From the NCBI GenBank assembly GCA_965222115.1, contig CBDCTJ010000001.1, positions 192,001 through 256,000 of the forward strand: a stretch of 64,000 nt of DNA, in the 5' to 3' direction. The notes under the pieces were generated by a model. That model did no database searches. It had not been told where the DNA came from and saw nothing but the letters and a program-made list of their open reading frames with translations. Both the position numbers and the translations under genes were made by a program. Position 1 is the first letter of the stretch. Each line of letters begins with the position of its first letter. Below are positions 1 through 9,067 of the stretch, one piece after another. The DNA comes from Planctomycetota bacterium (lineage in GTDB: Bacteria; Planctomycetota; PLA2; JAEUHO01).

Positions 1-644
1 ACAGGAAGGCCGGAGTCATGGAGCAAGGCAAATGCCTCAATGAGCACATGATGTGCCTTCTCGATGCGAAGATTTCCAACGGTGCCAATTGTGACAGTCG
101 AACTCTGTCGCTTGGGTATGCCCTCGGGCACGCTCACGCAGCACGGGTTTCGCATCGTCACGAGTCGACTTGGGTGGATACCAACGACCTCTACATTAAA
201 TTTGGCAACAGCATCGGAGACCGCCACAATTCGAGATGTGATGCGAGACAGGCCACGGTCGATCCAGCGGTGTATTCGACTTTTCCAGGCATGCATGCCA
301 TGCTCTTCCGCGATGCGGACGGGCGTACGCGCAAGCCATCCGGCAATTCGAGCATGAAAGTTGCTGTCGAATTGGCTACCCTGAACCACGCGCGCATTGT
401 TCCGACGAATGTAGCGCCAAAGTGCCCACGTAGTTCTTGTGGAATAAAATGCATGAGAGCGCCCAAGCACCTCGACAGAAACACCCTCGTCGCGCAGATG
501 TGCTGCAAGTTCGGACTCCCCACCCAATATGCAGATGGAAAACGGAACGCCTCGACGAATCAACTCACGTGCCACGCAGGCACGCAACACCTCAGCGCCT
601 CCAAGACCAAACGTACCATGAACGAATACTATGGGACGGCGCAT
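1..644 (-). CDS. Glycosyltransferase family 4 (GT-B), N-terminal part; runs off the left edge
   Basis: Not in the ORF track. Manual translation from ATG at 644 gives MRRPIVFVHGTFGLGGAEVLRACVAREL...IAEEHG...IVAVSDAV...IGTVGNLRIEKAHHVLIEAF, which carries typical GT4 motifs. No stop before base 1. Confidence 0.85.
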   Translation of the reverse strand, partial: MRRPIVFVHGTFGLGGAEVLRACVARELIRRGVPFSICILGGESELAAHLRDEGVSVEVLGRSHAFYSTRTTWALWRYIRRNNARVVQGSQFDSNFHARIAGWLARTPVRIAEEHGMHAWKSRIHRWIDRGLSRITSRIVAVSDAVAKFNVEVVGIHPSRLVTMRNPCCVSVPEGIPKRQSSTVTIGTVGNLRIEKAHHVLIEAFALLHDSGLP

Positions 645-697
645 GGGTCTGGAGCTCGGTCTAGTGGCGATTGCACTAAACCTCTGGGGAAAAACTC

Positions 698-1267
698 GTG
701 AGAGGCGCACTCGCGAAAACGAATCGAATCTTTGTGCGTACATGGCGATTCGTTCGCACGAAGATTCGTCATGCTGTGCTTCGAACAAGGTACCCCACGT
801 TGCGCATAGGACGCGGCGCGAAAATCCGCGAAGGTGTAGAGATAGCGATCACGGACAACGGATCGTGCTCGATCGGAAGAGATGTCGTGATCAAGCGCGG
901 CACAACGATCGTTGTGAAATATGGGCGACTTACGATTGGTCACGGCGTTGAAATCGGCGAGTGGAATGTGATTGTGGCACGAGGACGAGTACACATTGGC
1001 AAAGGCACGCTCACCGCGGAGCGCGTCACCATTCGAGATCAGAATCACGTCACCGCTAGCCGATCGGTTCCAATCAAAGAGCAGGGATTGGAGTGCAAGC
1101 CCGTGCGCGTCGGCGCTGATGTGTGGGTCGGAGCAAACGTTGTAGTTGTGGCGGGAACCCGTATCGGTCGGGGGAGCGTTATTGGTGCAGGAAGCGTCGT
1201 AACGCGTGACATCCCGCGATACTCCGTTGCAATGGGAGTTCCAGCGCGAGTTCATCGGTCGAGGTAG
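698..1267 (+). CDS. Hexapeptide-repeat (LbH) O-acyltransferase, polysaccharide modification
   Basis: IG-x-x-x-x hexapeptide repeats; VWVGANVVVVAGTRIGRGSVIGAGSVVTRDIP...GVPAR. Confidence 0.85.
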   Translation: MRGALAKTNRIFVRTWRFVRTKIRHAVLRTRYPTLRIGRGAKIREGVEIAITDNGSCSIGRDVVIKRGTTIVVKYGRLTIGHGVEIGEWNVIVARGRVHIGKGTLTAERVTIRDQNHVTASRSVPIKEQGLECKPVRVGADVWVGANVVVVAGTRIGRGSVIGAGSVVTRDIPRYSVAMGVPARVHRSR

Positions 1268-1279
1268 CACAAGTTCACC

Positions 1280-3982
1280 CTACGAAGCCCCATCCTCAAT
1301 CCGATACTTATAGTCCTTCCCATAGCCGTAGTACCCATACACGCTGTACCCGTACCTTGATCGATCCGGCTTGCGTGCATCAAACCCATTGAATATCGCG
1401 CCGAACAACGTACCACCGAGCCGTTCCACGCGGTCCGCCGCGCTCTGAACGACGTCGAGCGACGACTTTCCGTAACGCACAAGCAACAAGATACCGTCGA
1501 GTTCTCGAAAGAATGATGCCGAGTCGGCCACCGCCAGTACGGGCGGAACGTCGAACAACACCTGATCGTAGCTCTCCTTAAACTGGGCAATGAGGCGGCG
1601 GAAGCGGTCCGAGTCGAGGAGCGCACCGGGATTGGCGTGCGACGTTCCGGCACCAATGACATGCAGGGTCTTGCCCTTCGTGGGTACAGTCTGGAGGAAA
1701 GGTCGGTAGTCGTCCGACTCCGGCATGGCTTCGAGGCAGTCCGTGAGTCCGGGCGCGCGCTCGATATCGAGGTGCTTGTGGGAAGTGGGACGCCGGAGGT
1801 CGGCGTCCACCAACAGCACGCGGTCACCGGCCTGCGCCATGGCAACGGCAAGATTGAGGCTGGTGACCGTCTTGCCTTCGGCGGGTTGCGCAGAGGTGAT
1901 CGCGATGGCCTTCATGTCGCGCTCTGCATCGGCGTAGCGGACGTTGGCACGCAGGGTGCGATAGGTCTCGGAGATGACGCTTCTCGGCCTTGTGAGCGTA
2001 ACGAGCGTAGAACCGCGCACGGGACGCTCCTTGCGAGGGACCGTCTTGTGGTCGGGAATGGCGGCGTGAACGGGGAGGTCGAGGCCGTCCTCCAACTCAC
2101 CCGGGCCGCGAATCTTGCGGTTTAGCTGATCGAGAAGTAGCGCGACGGCGAGAGCCAAGCCGAGGCCCAGCACAAAGGCAACGACAGCCTTGTTCATAAG
2201 CTGAGGACTAATGCGGCGGGTGGGGACGAGTGCGGAGTCCACCAACAGTGCCGTGTCTTGAAGCGTTGATGTGGCAAGGTTGAACTCGGTGTTTCGATCG
2301 AGAAGCTGACCCAACTCAGAGCGGGGGGTTTCGACTTTTCGCCGGAGTTCGACAAGCTTGAGTTCGACGTCTGGCACCCGACCCAACATCGCGTCGGTAT
2401 CGTCGCGGCGACTCCTAATGTTCTTGATCTCGGCTTCCAAGGCGCGGATGCGCTCGTGGATCGCCGCTGACTGGTTCTCGCGTAGTGCGGCAATGGAAGC
2501 TGGGAGCTCGTTGTTAATCAGGCCAAGTGAAATGCGCAGGTTTTTGATGGTCGAGTCGGCCTCCGTGAGGCTCCCTTCTTTGAGCAGCGCATCGAGCTGA
2601 CGTTTGGTTTCCACATAGTCGGACGCGAGCTTGCTCGTGATCGAGTCAATGCCACGTGCACCGAGGGGAATCAGTCGCTGCTGCAAATCGTTGGCGCTGG
2701 CAATTGGACCGGTCGCCTTGTTGGCAGCCAATTGTTGTTGCTCCCAGCGGATGGACGTGAGCTTTGCCCGTGCCGCTTCGAGATCCAATTTGAGTTTGGC
2801 ACTGGTATCAATCAGTGACTTTGCCCGTTCACTCAAGTTTCGGGCCTCATCGCTATACATGTACTTATCGAGGTTGCGCTCCGCCTGAGTGATGGAGCGT
2901 TGAATCTCCCAAAGCCGCCTCTTGGTCCAATCGCGACCGGCGGAGATGGTCTTATAGCGATTCTTCCACCGGTGCAGGAGGTAACCCTCGGCCAGGGCAT
3001 CGGCCATGCGCGCCGTGTGTGAAGGCCAACTCGATGTGGCGCCCACGGCGATCAGGCCCGTGTTGTAGCCTATGGACTGCACCGTGCCACTGCGCTTGAA
3101 GACCGCGGCGAGCGCCCCGAGGCCGCGTACATACACCAGGATGACGCGACCGTTGAGCGGCGTATTTGAAGCAAAGCGAAAACGGCGATCAAACGCCTTC
3201 ACGACTTTGTCGAGTTTGAAGTCCTCGATCATCTCTGCAGGGGATGGGTCACCCAGTCGCTCAACGGAAGCCGATCGACCGTCCGCACGCATAGAGAAGC
3301 GAAACGTCTGGTTGAGCCCCGCGAGTGTTTCTTCATCGATGTAGTCGGTGTGTACGCGCACGTCCACGGGGCGGCGGCCGAATCCAAAGGAGCGCAGCGT
3401 AGTCTCAAGGGGGCGGTAGCCGTGTTCCTCTACCGCCATGACTTCCACGAACGGCGGTGGGTCGGGCTCCTCCCTCTCCTTGGTTGGCTTCCACGTCTCT
3501 TCTTGCTCTGTATTGCTGCCCGCATCACTGTCGTCGTCACTGCCTGAGTCTTTGCCGTCGTCTTCGCCCTTCTTCTTTCTTGACGTCTGTTCCGGACTCA
3601 GCGTCTGGCGAACCATCTTTTCATACTCTTCGAGCCGCCAGCCAACCCCCGAATAGATCTTGGCTGCCAACTTCGCAACGGCACGAGAACGCACCATCTG
3701 CATTTCGGTCTCGAGCGTAGAGGCACCCTCAAGCGCGGCAATGTCTTCCACCAACTTGCCCGAGCGTTCCGCGTCGAGAATGCGTACCGTCGCGCTGGAC
3801 GTATACGTGGGCACGGAGTAGAGGGTCTTGGCAGACATGAGCCCAAAAACGGTCAAGAACGCAAGGAGCGCGCCGAGCTTGTGCTCGCGCAGGATCCCCA
3901 AATAGTGCGCGATCTGATTACGTCCACGGCGCTTGGGCGAACGCTTGCGACGCTGCGGGCGCTCTGTGGACGTACTGCTCAT
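1280..3982 (-). CDS. wzc: Polysaccharide co-polymerase / BY tyrosine kinase (Wzc family)
   Basis: Two TM helices flanking a coiled-coil; ETYRTLRAN, Walker A AEGKT, VDADLRRP, Tyr-rich tail YGYSVYGYYGYGKDYKY. Confidence 0.92.
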   Translation of the reverse strand: MSSTSTERPQRRKRSPKRRGRNQIAHYLGILREHKLGALLAFLTVFGLMSAKTLYSVPTYTSSATVRILDAERSGKLVEDIAALEGASTLETEMQMVRSRAVAKLAAKIYSGVGWRLEEYEKMVRQTLSPEQTSRKKKGEDDGKDSGSDDDSDAGSNTEQEETWKPTKEREEPDPPPFVEVMAVEEHGYRPLETTLRSFGFGRRPVDVRVHTDYIDEETLAGLNQTFRFSMRADGRSASVERLGDPSPAEMIEDFKLDKVVKAFDRRFRFASNTPLNGRVILVYVRGLGALAAVFKRSGTVQSIGYNTGLIAVGATSSWPSHTARMADALAEGYLLHRWKNRYKTISAGRDWTKRRLWEIQRSITQAERNLDKYMYSDEARNLSERAKSLIDTSAKLKLDLEAARAKLTSIRWEQQQLAANKATGPIASANDLQQRLIPLGARGIDSITSKLASDYVETKRQLDALLKEGSLTEADSTIKNLRISLGLINNELPASIAALRENQSAAIHERIRALEAEIKNIRSRRDDTDAMLGRVPDVELKLVELRRKVETPRSELGQLLDRNTEFNLATSTLQDTALLVDSALVPTRRISPQLMNKAVVAFVLGLGLALAVALLLDQLNRKIRGPGELEDGLDLPVHAAIPDHKTVPRKERPVRGSTLVTLTRPRSVISETYRTLRANVRYADAERDMKAIAITSAQPAEGKTVTSLNLAVAMAQAGDRVLLVDADLRRPTSHKHLDIERAPGLTDCLEAMPESDDYRPFLQTVPTKGKTLHVIGAGTSHANPGALLDSDRFRRLIAQFKESYDQVLFDVPPVLAVADSASFFRELDGILLLVRYGKSSLDVVQSAADRVERLGGTLFGAIFNGFDARKPDRSRYGYSVYGYYGYGKDYKYRIEDGAS

Positions 3983-4077
3983 GATTGCGAATAATCCCCT
4001 GTTTCCAGTGACTTAGGCATCCACTGATCTACGGGTCTTGCGAGCGCGCGACGGCTCGATTCGGTGATCCTATGCGA

Positions 4078-5139
4078 CTAACGGCCAATCGCGGTGGAAA
4101 CAGCGGCCGCCGAAGTCGCCAGATTGATCGGGGTCTGAATAATGGGGAAGATTTGCTTGAGTGCTCTCGCATAACAACCCATTTCGGACGTTCCCACGAG
4201 AACGCGATCACCGGGCTTGAGCTGGATACTGGCCCCCGCCTTCATCATGTCGCAGTGAGAGACCGTGTAGCAGCCGGGTTGACACCAGTTGCCGCGAAAT
4301 ACACGGATCATGCCACACTCGGCGAAGTCGCGGTTGACGTCCCCCGAGGCCGCAATCGCCTCGACCAGCGACAGGCCGTCTCTGGGAATGGGGACGACGC
4401 CCGGCTTCTTGACCTCGCCGACCACATACACACGCGGTTCTTTGCGGGTGGGAACGAAGAGCACGTCATTGTCCTGGATACGAACATTGTTGCGCAGGTC
4501 CCCCACCTGAACGAGCCGCGTGAGGTTTACGGGAATCAACTGCGAGTGCCGCGCCAGCACCGCTTGGTCGATGTCGCCGTCGTCGGGTATCCCACCGCAC
4601 TCACTCACGGCGTCGAGCAAACGTGTCTTCTCTCCAATGAAGAACTTGCCAGGGTTGTTGACCGCACCGAACACGTAATAGGAGCGGCTTTTGTTCTCCA
4701 CAAGATCTACGGAAACGAAGGGATCCTTCTTGTACTTGCTTGCAAGTTTGGCAATTTCGCCCTGGAGTTGGACCGCGGTGAGCCCTTCGGCCTTGACGGC
4801 TCCGAGTCGCGGCAAGTAGATATTGCCGTCGCTCTTGATGCGGGTGCCTACGACATCGCCTTTGCTGGTTTCGCCGAATGCAGCCAAGAATGGGGCGTCG
4901 CTTACAACCTGAACGCGATCGCCAACGCCCAGTACGTAGGGCAAGCTTGCAACGTTGGCAAGCTGTACGAGTTCGCTTGGGGGAACCGGCTCAAACTTCG
5001 GAGGATTCGCCTGCATGAGTGCCTGGACGCTTTGGGGATGCGTCTGCGGAACTTCTCGAGATGCGCAACCAGGCATGACGCCGTAGGTCAAACCGAGCCC
5101 GAGCACACCCAAGGCAAGCATTCGAATCGAACGTGTCAT
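4078..5139 (-). CDS. wza: Polysaccharide export lipoprotein (Wza/SLBB)
   Basis: Lipoprotein-like signal ending in PGC; YVLGVGD, DGNIYLP, repeated VxGxVxxPG SLBB motifs; GGAGGGAG RBS before ATG 5139. Confidence 0.85.
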   Translation of the reverse strand: MTRSIRMLALGVLGLGLTYGVMPGCASREVPQTHPQSVQALMQANPPKFEPVPPSELVQLANVASLPYVLGVGDRVQVVSDAPFLAAFGETSKGDVVGTRIKSDGNIYLPRLGAVKAEGLTAVQLQGEIAKLASKYKKDPFVSVDLVENKSRSYYVFGAVNNPGKFFIGEKTRLLDAVSECGGIPDDGDIDQAVLARHSQLIPVNLTRLVQVGDLRNNVRIQDNDVLFVPTRKEPRVYVVGEVKKPGVVPIPRDGLSLVEAIAASGDVNRDFAECGMIRVFRGNWCQPGCYTVSHCDMMKAGASIQLKPGDRVLVGTSEMGCYARALKQIFPIIQTPINLATSAAAVSTAIGR

Positions 5140-5373
5140 AGGACCTGTCTCCCTCCGACGAACGGTCCTCAGTCCGCCGACCGCTAGCGTATCCATTACT
5201 CGGTTCACCTGACGAGAACTGGTGCTAGAGAGTCGAGGATTACGACCTAGTAGCCCAATCTTCGTATGAGGGTTCGTATCGAGTTAGCAGTCAGGTACGG
5301 CTGATGGGAAGCACGCGGTCCTCGAGCACCGCGCGTAGGGTCTCAGTCGAGTTTTGGCAGCGAGGATCGAACC

Positions 5374-6567
5374 GTGGTGCGTCGGCGAATCGGGATCATC
5401 ACCACATTTGCCTACCTGTTCACGTTGCCTTGGATGGCGCACAGGTTTCTACTGCTGGACAAACACCAAGTCATCGCCGCAGATCTGTTGTTCGCCGCTG
5501 CCGCTGTCGTCGCATTGATTCGCATCACGGATCGTGACGTTCGTACGCGCCTCTTGAGGAGCCGTGTCGCATGGGGATGCGGGGCGTTTTTCGCTGTAAC
5601 GGCAGCAGCAGCACTTGCAGGCCCGACCCCCGAGGCCAGCAAGACGGTATTGCTTCGAACGCTCTACTTGGTCTCAGTCCCTCCGGTTCTGATTGTCAAT
5701 CTCGGTGACGTACGTCGTGCCTGGATCGCACGAGCATGGTTGGGCGGCGCTGCCCTCGCATGCGCCGTGGCAGCGTGGGGAGTGGCTTCGTACTACGTGA
5801 GCAGACCTACATTCGCGGTGGCTGCCCCCGGCAACATCCCCAGTGGATTCGTTCCCCGGATTCAAGGGCCGTTTCACTCGCCGAACACATTCTGCAACTA
5901 TCTGATTGCGACACTGGCTGTAGCGGCGTGGTGCGCGAGTCGCCCCATCGCCAGAGGATGGGCCATTTGCTGTTCGCTCACGGGCGTCTTTACGCTTTCA
6001 CCGGGACTAGGAGCGCTTGCCGTCATGGTCTCACGGATGTGGTCGAGTCGCCTGTTGCGTGGACTTGCCTAGTGTGCAGCGGTAGGAAGCGTTGTGTTGG
6101 CCGCACTCTCCATTAGCGATCTTATGCGTGGCGAAATCGAGGCGTCACATCGCGTCCGCTTGTGGGAGCAATCGTTGGAAACGATGGTCGCCCATCCACT
6201 CACTGGCGCGGGGCTGGGTAACGAGGTATGTGCCACGCATCACGTGACGCCGAACGGCGAACGCCAGCGGCTCAATGACCCGCACGAGACCTTCTTGAGC
6301 ATCGGTGCACAGTCCGGACTGCCGGCCCTCATGGCGTTCATGCTGCTGCTTGTCCTTGTCATTCGTGCGAGACGAACCCTTGCACCGAGCCTCGCCTTGG
6401 GCGTGGGACTCTGCTGGATACTCCACGGCCTATCAGGCTCGTTTGAGGAAACGCGGCATGTGTGGGCATTGCTGGGGCTGCTCTGTGTCGCTGAGACCTC
6501 AGGACGCCTCACCGGAGACACGGCCTTTGCGCCGTCGGATGAGCCAACGAGCCAACAAGATGCCTAG
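5374..6567 (+). pseudogene. O-antigen ligase/Wzy polymerase-like membrane protein interrupted by one in-frame TAG at 6070-6072
   Basis: ORFs 5374-6072 and 6094-6567 are in the same frame (GLA*CAAVGSVVLAAL). The first half has RIQGPFHSPN; the second has RVRLW...HPLTGAGLG...DPHETFL...GLP (Wzy_C-like). Confidence 0.75.
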
Positions 6568-6963
6568 AACGGCACCCACGGCATCGAGCGCGAGGTCTCT
6601 GAGTTGCCCGTGGCGCATGGGATTGCTCGACTGAAGCATCTCGTCACACACGGCCACCAACATTGCGACGAGAAAGGCCCACTTGTATCTCGGCCGTAAC
6701 GCCCATGCGGCCACGAATCCTATGGCGGCGTAGGCCGGAATGTGAAGCGCCTTGCGGGTGAGTGGAATCAACCAACTCGCCGTTTCCTGTTCGATACCGA
6801 GCGCGGTGTACACCCTCCTCAAGAACGGCCATAGCCCCGTCGCGAAGCCCTGTTTCTGTGCCGCCCACAACACGGTACCTGTTCCAACAAGCAGCAAGAC
6901 GACGCCCGCAGATCGCCACTTCATCGGCCGATTCGTTGGAAATTCGCTCATGCCACTACACAC
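6499..6963 (-). CDS. VanZ-like family membrane protein
   Basis: RKALHIPAYA...DEMLQS...RHGQLRDLALDAVG pattern. Confidence 0.8.
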   Translation of the reverse strand: MCSGMSEFPTNRPMKWRSAGVVLLLVGTGTVLWAAQKQGFATGLWPFLRRVYTALGIEQETASWLIPLTRKALHIPAYAAIGFVAAWALRPRYKWAFLVAMLVAVCDEMLQSSNPMRHGQLRDLALDAVGAVLGILLARWLIRRRKGRVSGEAS

Positions 6964-7192
6964 GATTGGCCGATTGCGAGAGTGTTAACATCCCATAAAC
7001 GTAGCCGGCACCTGGTCGAATCGGTCGAGCAAAGTGAATCCTCCGTGGCCTACCCCTACAGCTAAATACGAGCATGGGAATCAACTCGACCGTTTTCGTT
7101 CATCGCCGGACCGGCGAGTACCTACAGAATTTCTTGCGTTCGATCGTTCTCCCCCTACAACCACAACCATTGGTGGCGGGGAGAGACTCGTG

Positions 7193-8635
7193 ATGAAGCA
7201 TCCATGGAAGACGTTCCCGGGGATACGAAGGCGAGTTGTCATCATCGCGGTGGTTGTCTCGATCGCTGCGGCCCTGATCTTCGCAGTCGGACATACCCTC
7301 CTGGCTGTTGCGCTTGTTGCGGGCACGCTCACAACTTCTCTCCTGGTGCCCGTAACAAGCCATTTTGCCGATCGGCTCGGCGCCGTCAGCGAACCCGGCG
7401 GACGCGCCGTACACGATGCGCCAACACCGCTGTTCGGCGGTATCGCGCTCATGCTGCCGGTGCTTGGACTCCTCACATGGTCTGCACTCCAGGGTAACCA
7501 CTATCTACTCGGCGTGACGATTGGCAGCGCCATCATCTTCGCGCTTGGCGTGCTGGACGATGTGAATGGCGTTCGCGCACGAACCAAGCTCATTGTGCAG
7601 CTCTTGGCCGCGACGGTACTTGTGGCCTTTGGCGCGTCGATTCCGGCACTCGGCGTTCACGGCTTGGGGACACTCTCCACAGGCTGGGCAGCCATCCCCC
7701 TGGCCGTGGTCTTCGTCATCGTCATGACCAATGCGATGAACATTGTGGACGGTCTCGACGGACTGGCGTCGAGTATGGGCCTCTTGGCGGCCGGCTCGCT
7801 CGCTCTGCTAGGTATCCACCCGCTGATCACCGTAACGCTAGCGGGCTGTTGCCTGGGGTTTTTGATATTCAATCTTCCGCGTGCGAGGGCCTTCCTGGGT
7901 GACACGGGTAGCCTCACGTTGGGATTCCTGCTTAGTGCGTTGGCACTCAAACTTCCCGTTGAACAGAACGTGCCCCTTGCCCTTGCCCTCTTTGCCTACC
8001 CCGTCGGAGACGTTGCGCTGGCCATCGCGAGGCGTGTGGCTCGCGGCAAACCCATCATGTCGCCCGATTCGGGACACGTACACCACAAGCTGCGTGAACA
8101 CCTCGGCGGCACGGCCCCCGCGCTCTTGTTCATTGTCAGCATGACCGCAATCGTCACGCTGGTCGGCATGCTACGCCCCACGATCCTGTTCTTAGGGCTC
8201 GCCAGCGCCGCCTGGATCTCGCTTGCTGCCATGCTGGCCGTTGCAGGCAACTACCGAATGAACACCGTGCTGGCCTCCAGAAACCCCTTCCGCCGCCTCC
8301 ACGTGGTTCACCGCTATGCGGCCGACAGCATCCGCTTGGCTCCTTCATTGGCACACGTCAATCAGGCGCTTCGCCATGCATTTGAGGCGCTCAATGTGGA
8401 TGTGGCGCTGCTGGAGTCCGTTACCGGCAAGACGCTGAATCCAAAGTTTGACGCCTTGAGGGCCGTAAAGGCCCCCGCCAAGGCGTCGACCATGACACCT
8501 GCGGTCCAGCGAGAGCGCATCAATCTCGTGGTGGATATCCTCGCCCGCGCCTCAAATCGAATTGATGCGCTTGAACGAAGCGGGAATCGGCAGACAGTCT
8601 CAACGGCTCGAAGGCGGCGATCGGCGGTTTCTTAA
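7193..8635 (+). CDS. wecA: WecA/MraY-family undecaprenyl-phosphate sugar-1-phosphate transferase with C-terminal extension
   Basis: RAVHDAPTPLFGG, GVLDD, NAMNIVDGLDG, FLGDTGS, DSGHVHHKL motifs; start placed at ATG 7193. Confidence 0.85.
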   Translation: MKHPWKTFPGIRRRVVIIAVVVSIAAALIFAVGHTLLAVALVAGTLTTSLLVPVTSHFADRLGAVSEPGGRAVHDAPTPLFGGIALMLPVLGLLTWSALQGNHYLLGVTIGSAIIFALGVLDDVNGVRARTKLIVQLLAATVLVAFGASIPALGVHGLGTLSTGWAAIPLAVVFVIVMTNAMNIVDGLDGLASSMGLLAAGSLALLGIHPLITVTLAGCCLGFLIFNLPRARAFLGDTGSLTLGFLLSALALKLPVEQNVPLALALFAYPVGDVALAIARRVARGKPIMSPDSGHVHHKLREHLGGTAPALLFIVSMTAIVTLVGMLRPTILFLGLASAAWISLAAMLAVAGNYRMNTVLASRNPFRRLHVVHRYAADSIRLAPSLAHVNQALRHAFEALNVDVALLESVTGKTLNPKFDALRAVKAPAKASTMTPAVQRERINLVVDILARASNRIDALERSGNRQTVSTARRRRSAVS

Positions 8636-8706
8636 GATCTCACCTAAAAGGTGGCCCCGCTGGTGCGCGAAACACGTACCGATGGCAGGGCTGGATAACG
8701 AGAGTT

Positions 8707-8853
8707 TTAAGGCATTCGCATTGCGTTTCGACCGTCTGAAAGGTGTGGTTGCTCCATATATACCCCGGAAGCACTCTGCGTCAGTGAGCGAATCGAGCCG
8801 AAGCTCTGCAGATTGGGAGCAGCATATCGTCGACGTGTCTTTGCCTTGGTCAT
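8707..8853 (-). CDS. Lasso peptide precursor A1 (48 aa); predicted core SASGVYMEQPHLSDGRNAMRMP
   Basis: MTKAKTRRRYAAPNLQSFGSIRSLTQ|SASGVYME: YxxPxL leader motif, Gx5T with Thr at -2, Ser1, Glu8; GGAG RBS; directly downstream of a cyclase gene. Confidence 0.85.
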   Translation of the reverse strand: MTKAKTRRRYAAPNLQSFGSIRSLTQSASGVYMEQPHLSDGRNAMRMP

Positions 8854-9067
8854 GTCAATCTCCGATTCCGATCCACCGATCTCAGGGACCACCGGAGAGG
8901 TTACGGGCAGGATGAAAGGCCTGAACAAATTTTCAATGGGCTCAGAAGAAAGTGGTGCGCCCGGGCGATTTGACAGAAACGCGCACTGAGAAGTCGGTGC
9001 TCAGACTCGAGAGTGTTTGTCGATGCGGTATCCCAGTCGTTCCTCGCCGCCGATCTTAATGCGCTTC

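Noticed and set aside
18-701. 227-aa plus-strand ORF
   Set aside because: Antisense shadow of the minus-strand GT4 gene (1-644), which carries the real motifs.
4072-5187. Long antisense ORFs here and at 23778-24890, 33256-34779, 51007-52002 and 56487-57383
   Set aside because: They mirror well-supported genes on the opposite strand, have no motifs, and are expected at high GC.
6070-6072. TAG as pyrrolysine or recoded stop
   Set aside because: No pyl genes in the window, the position is in a TM segment, and many neighbouring genes use TAG as a true stop.
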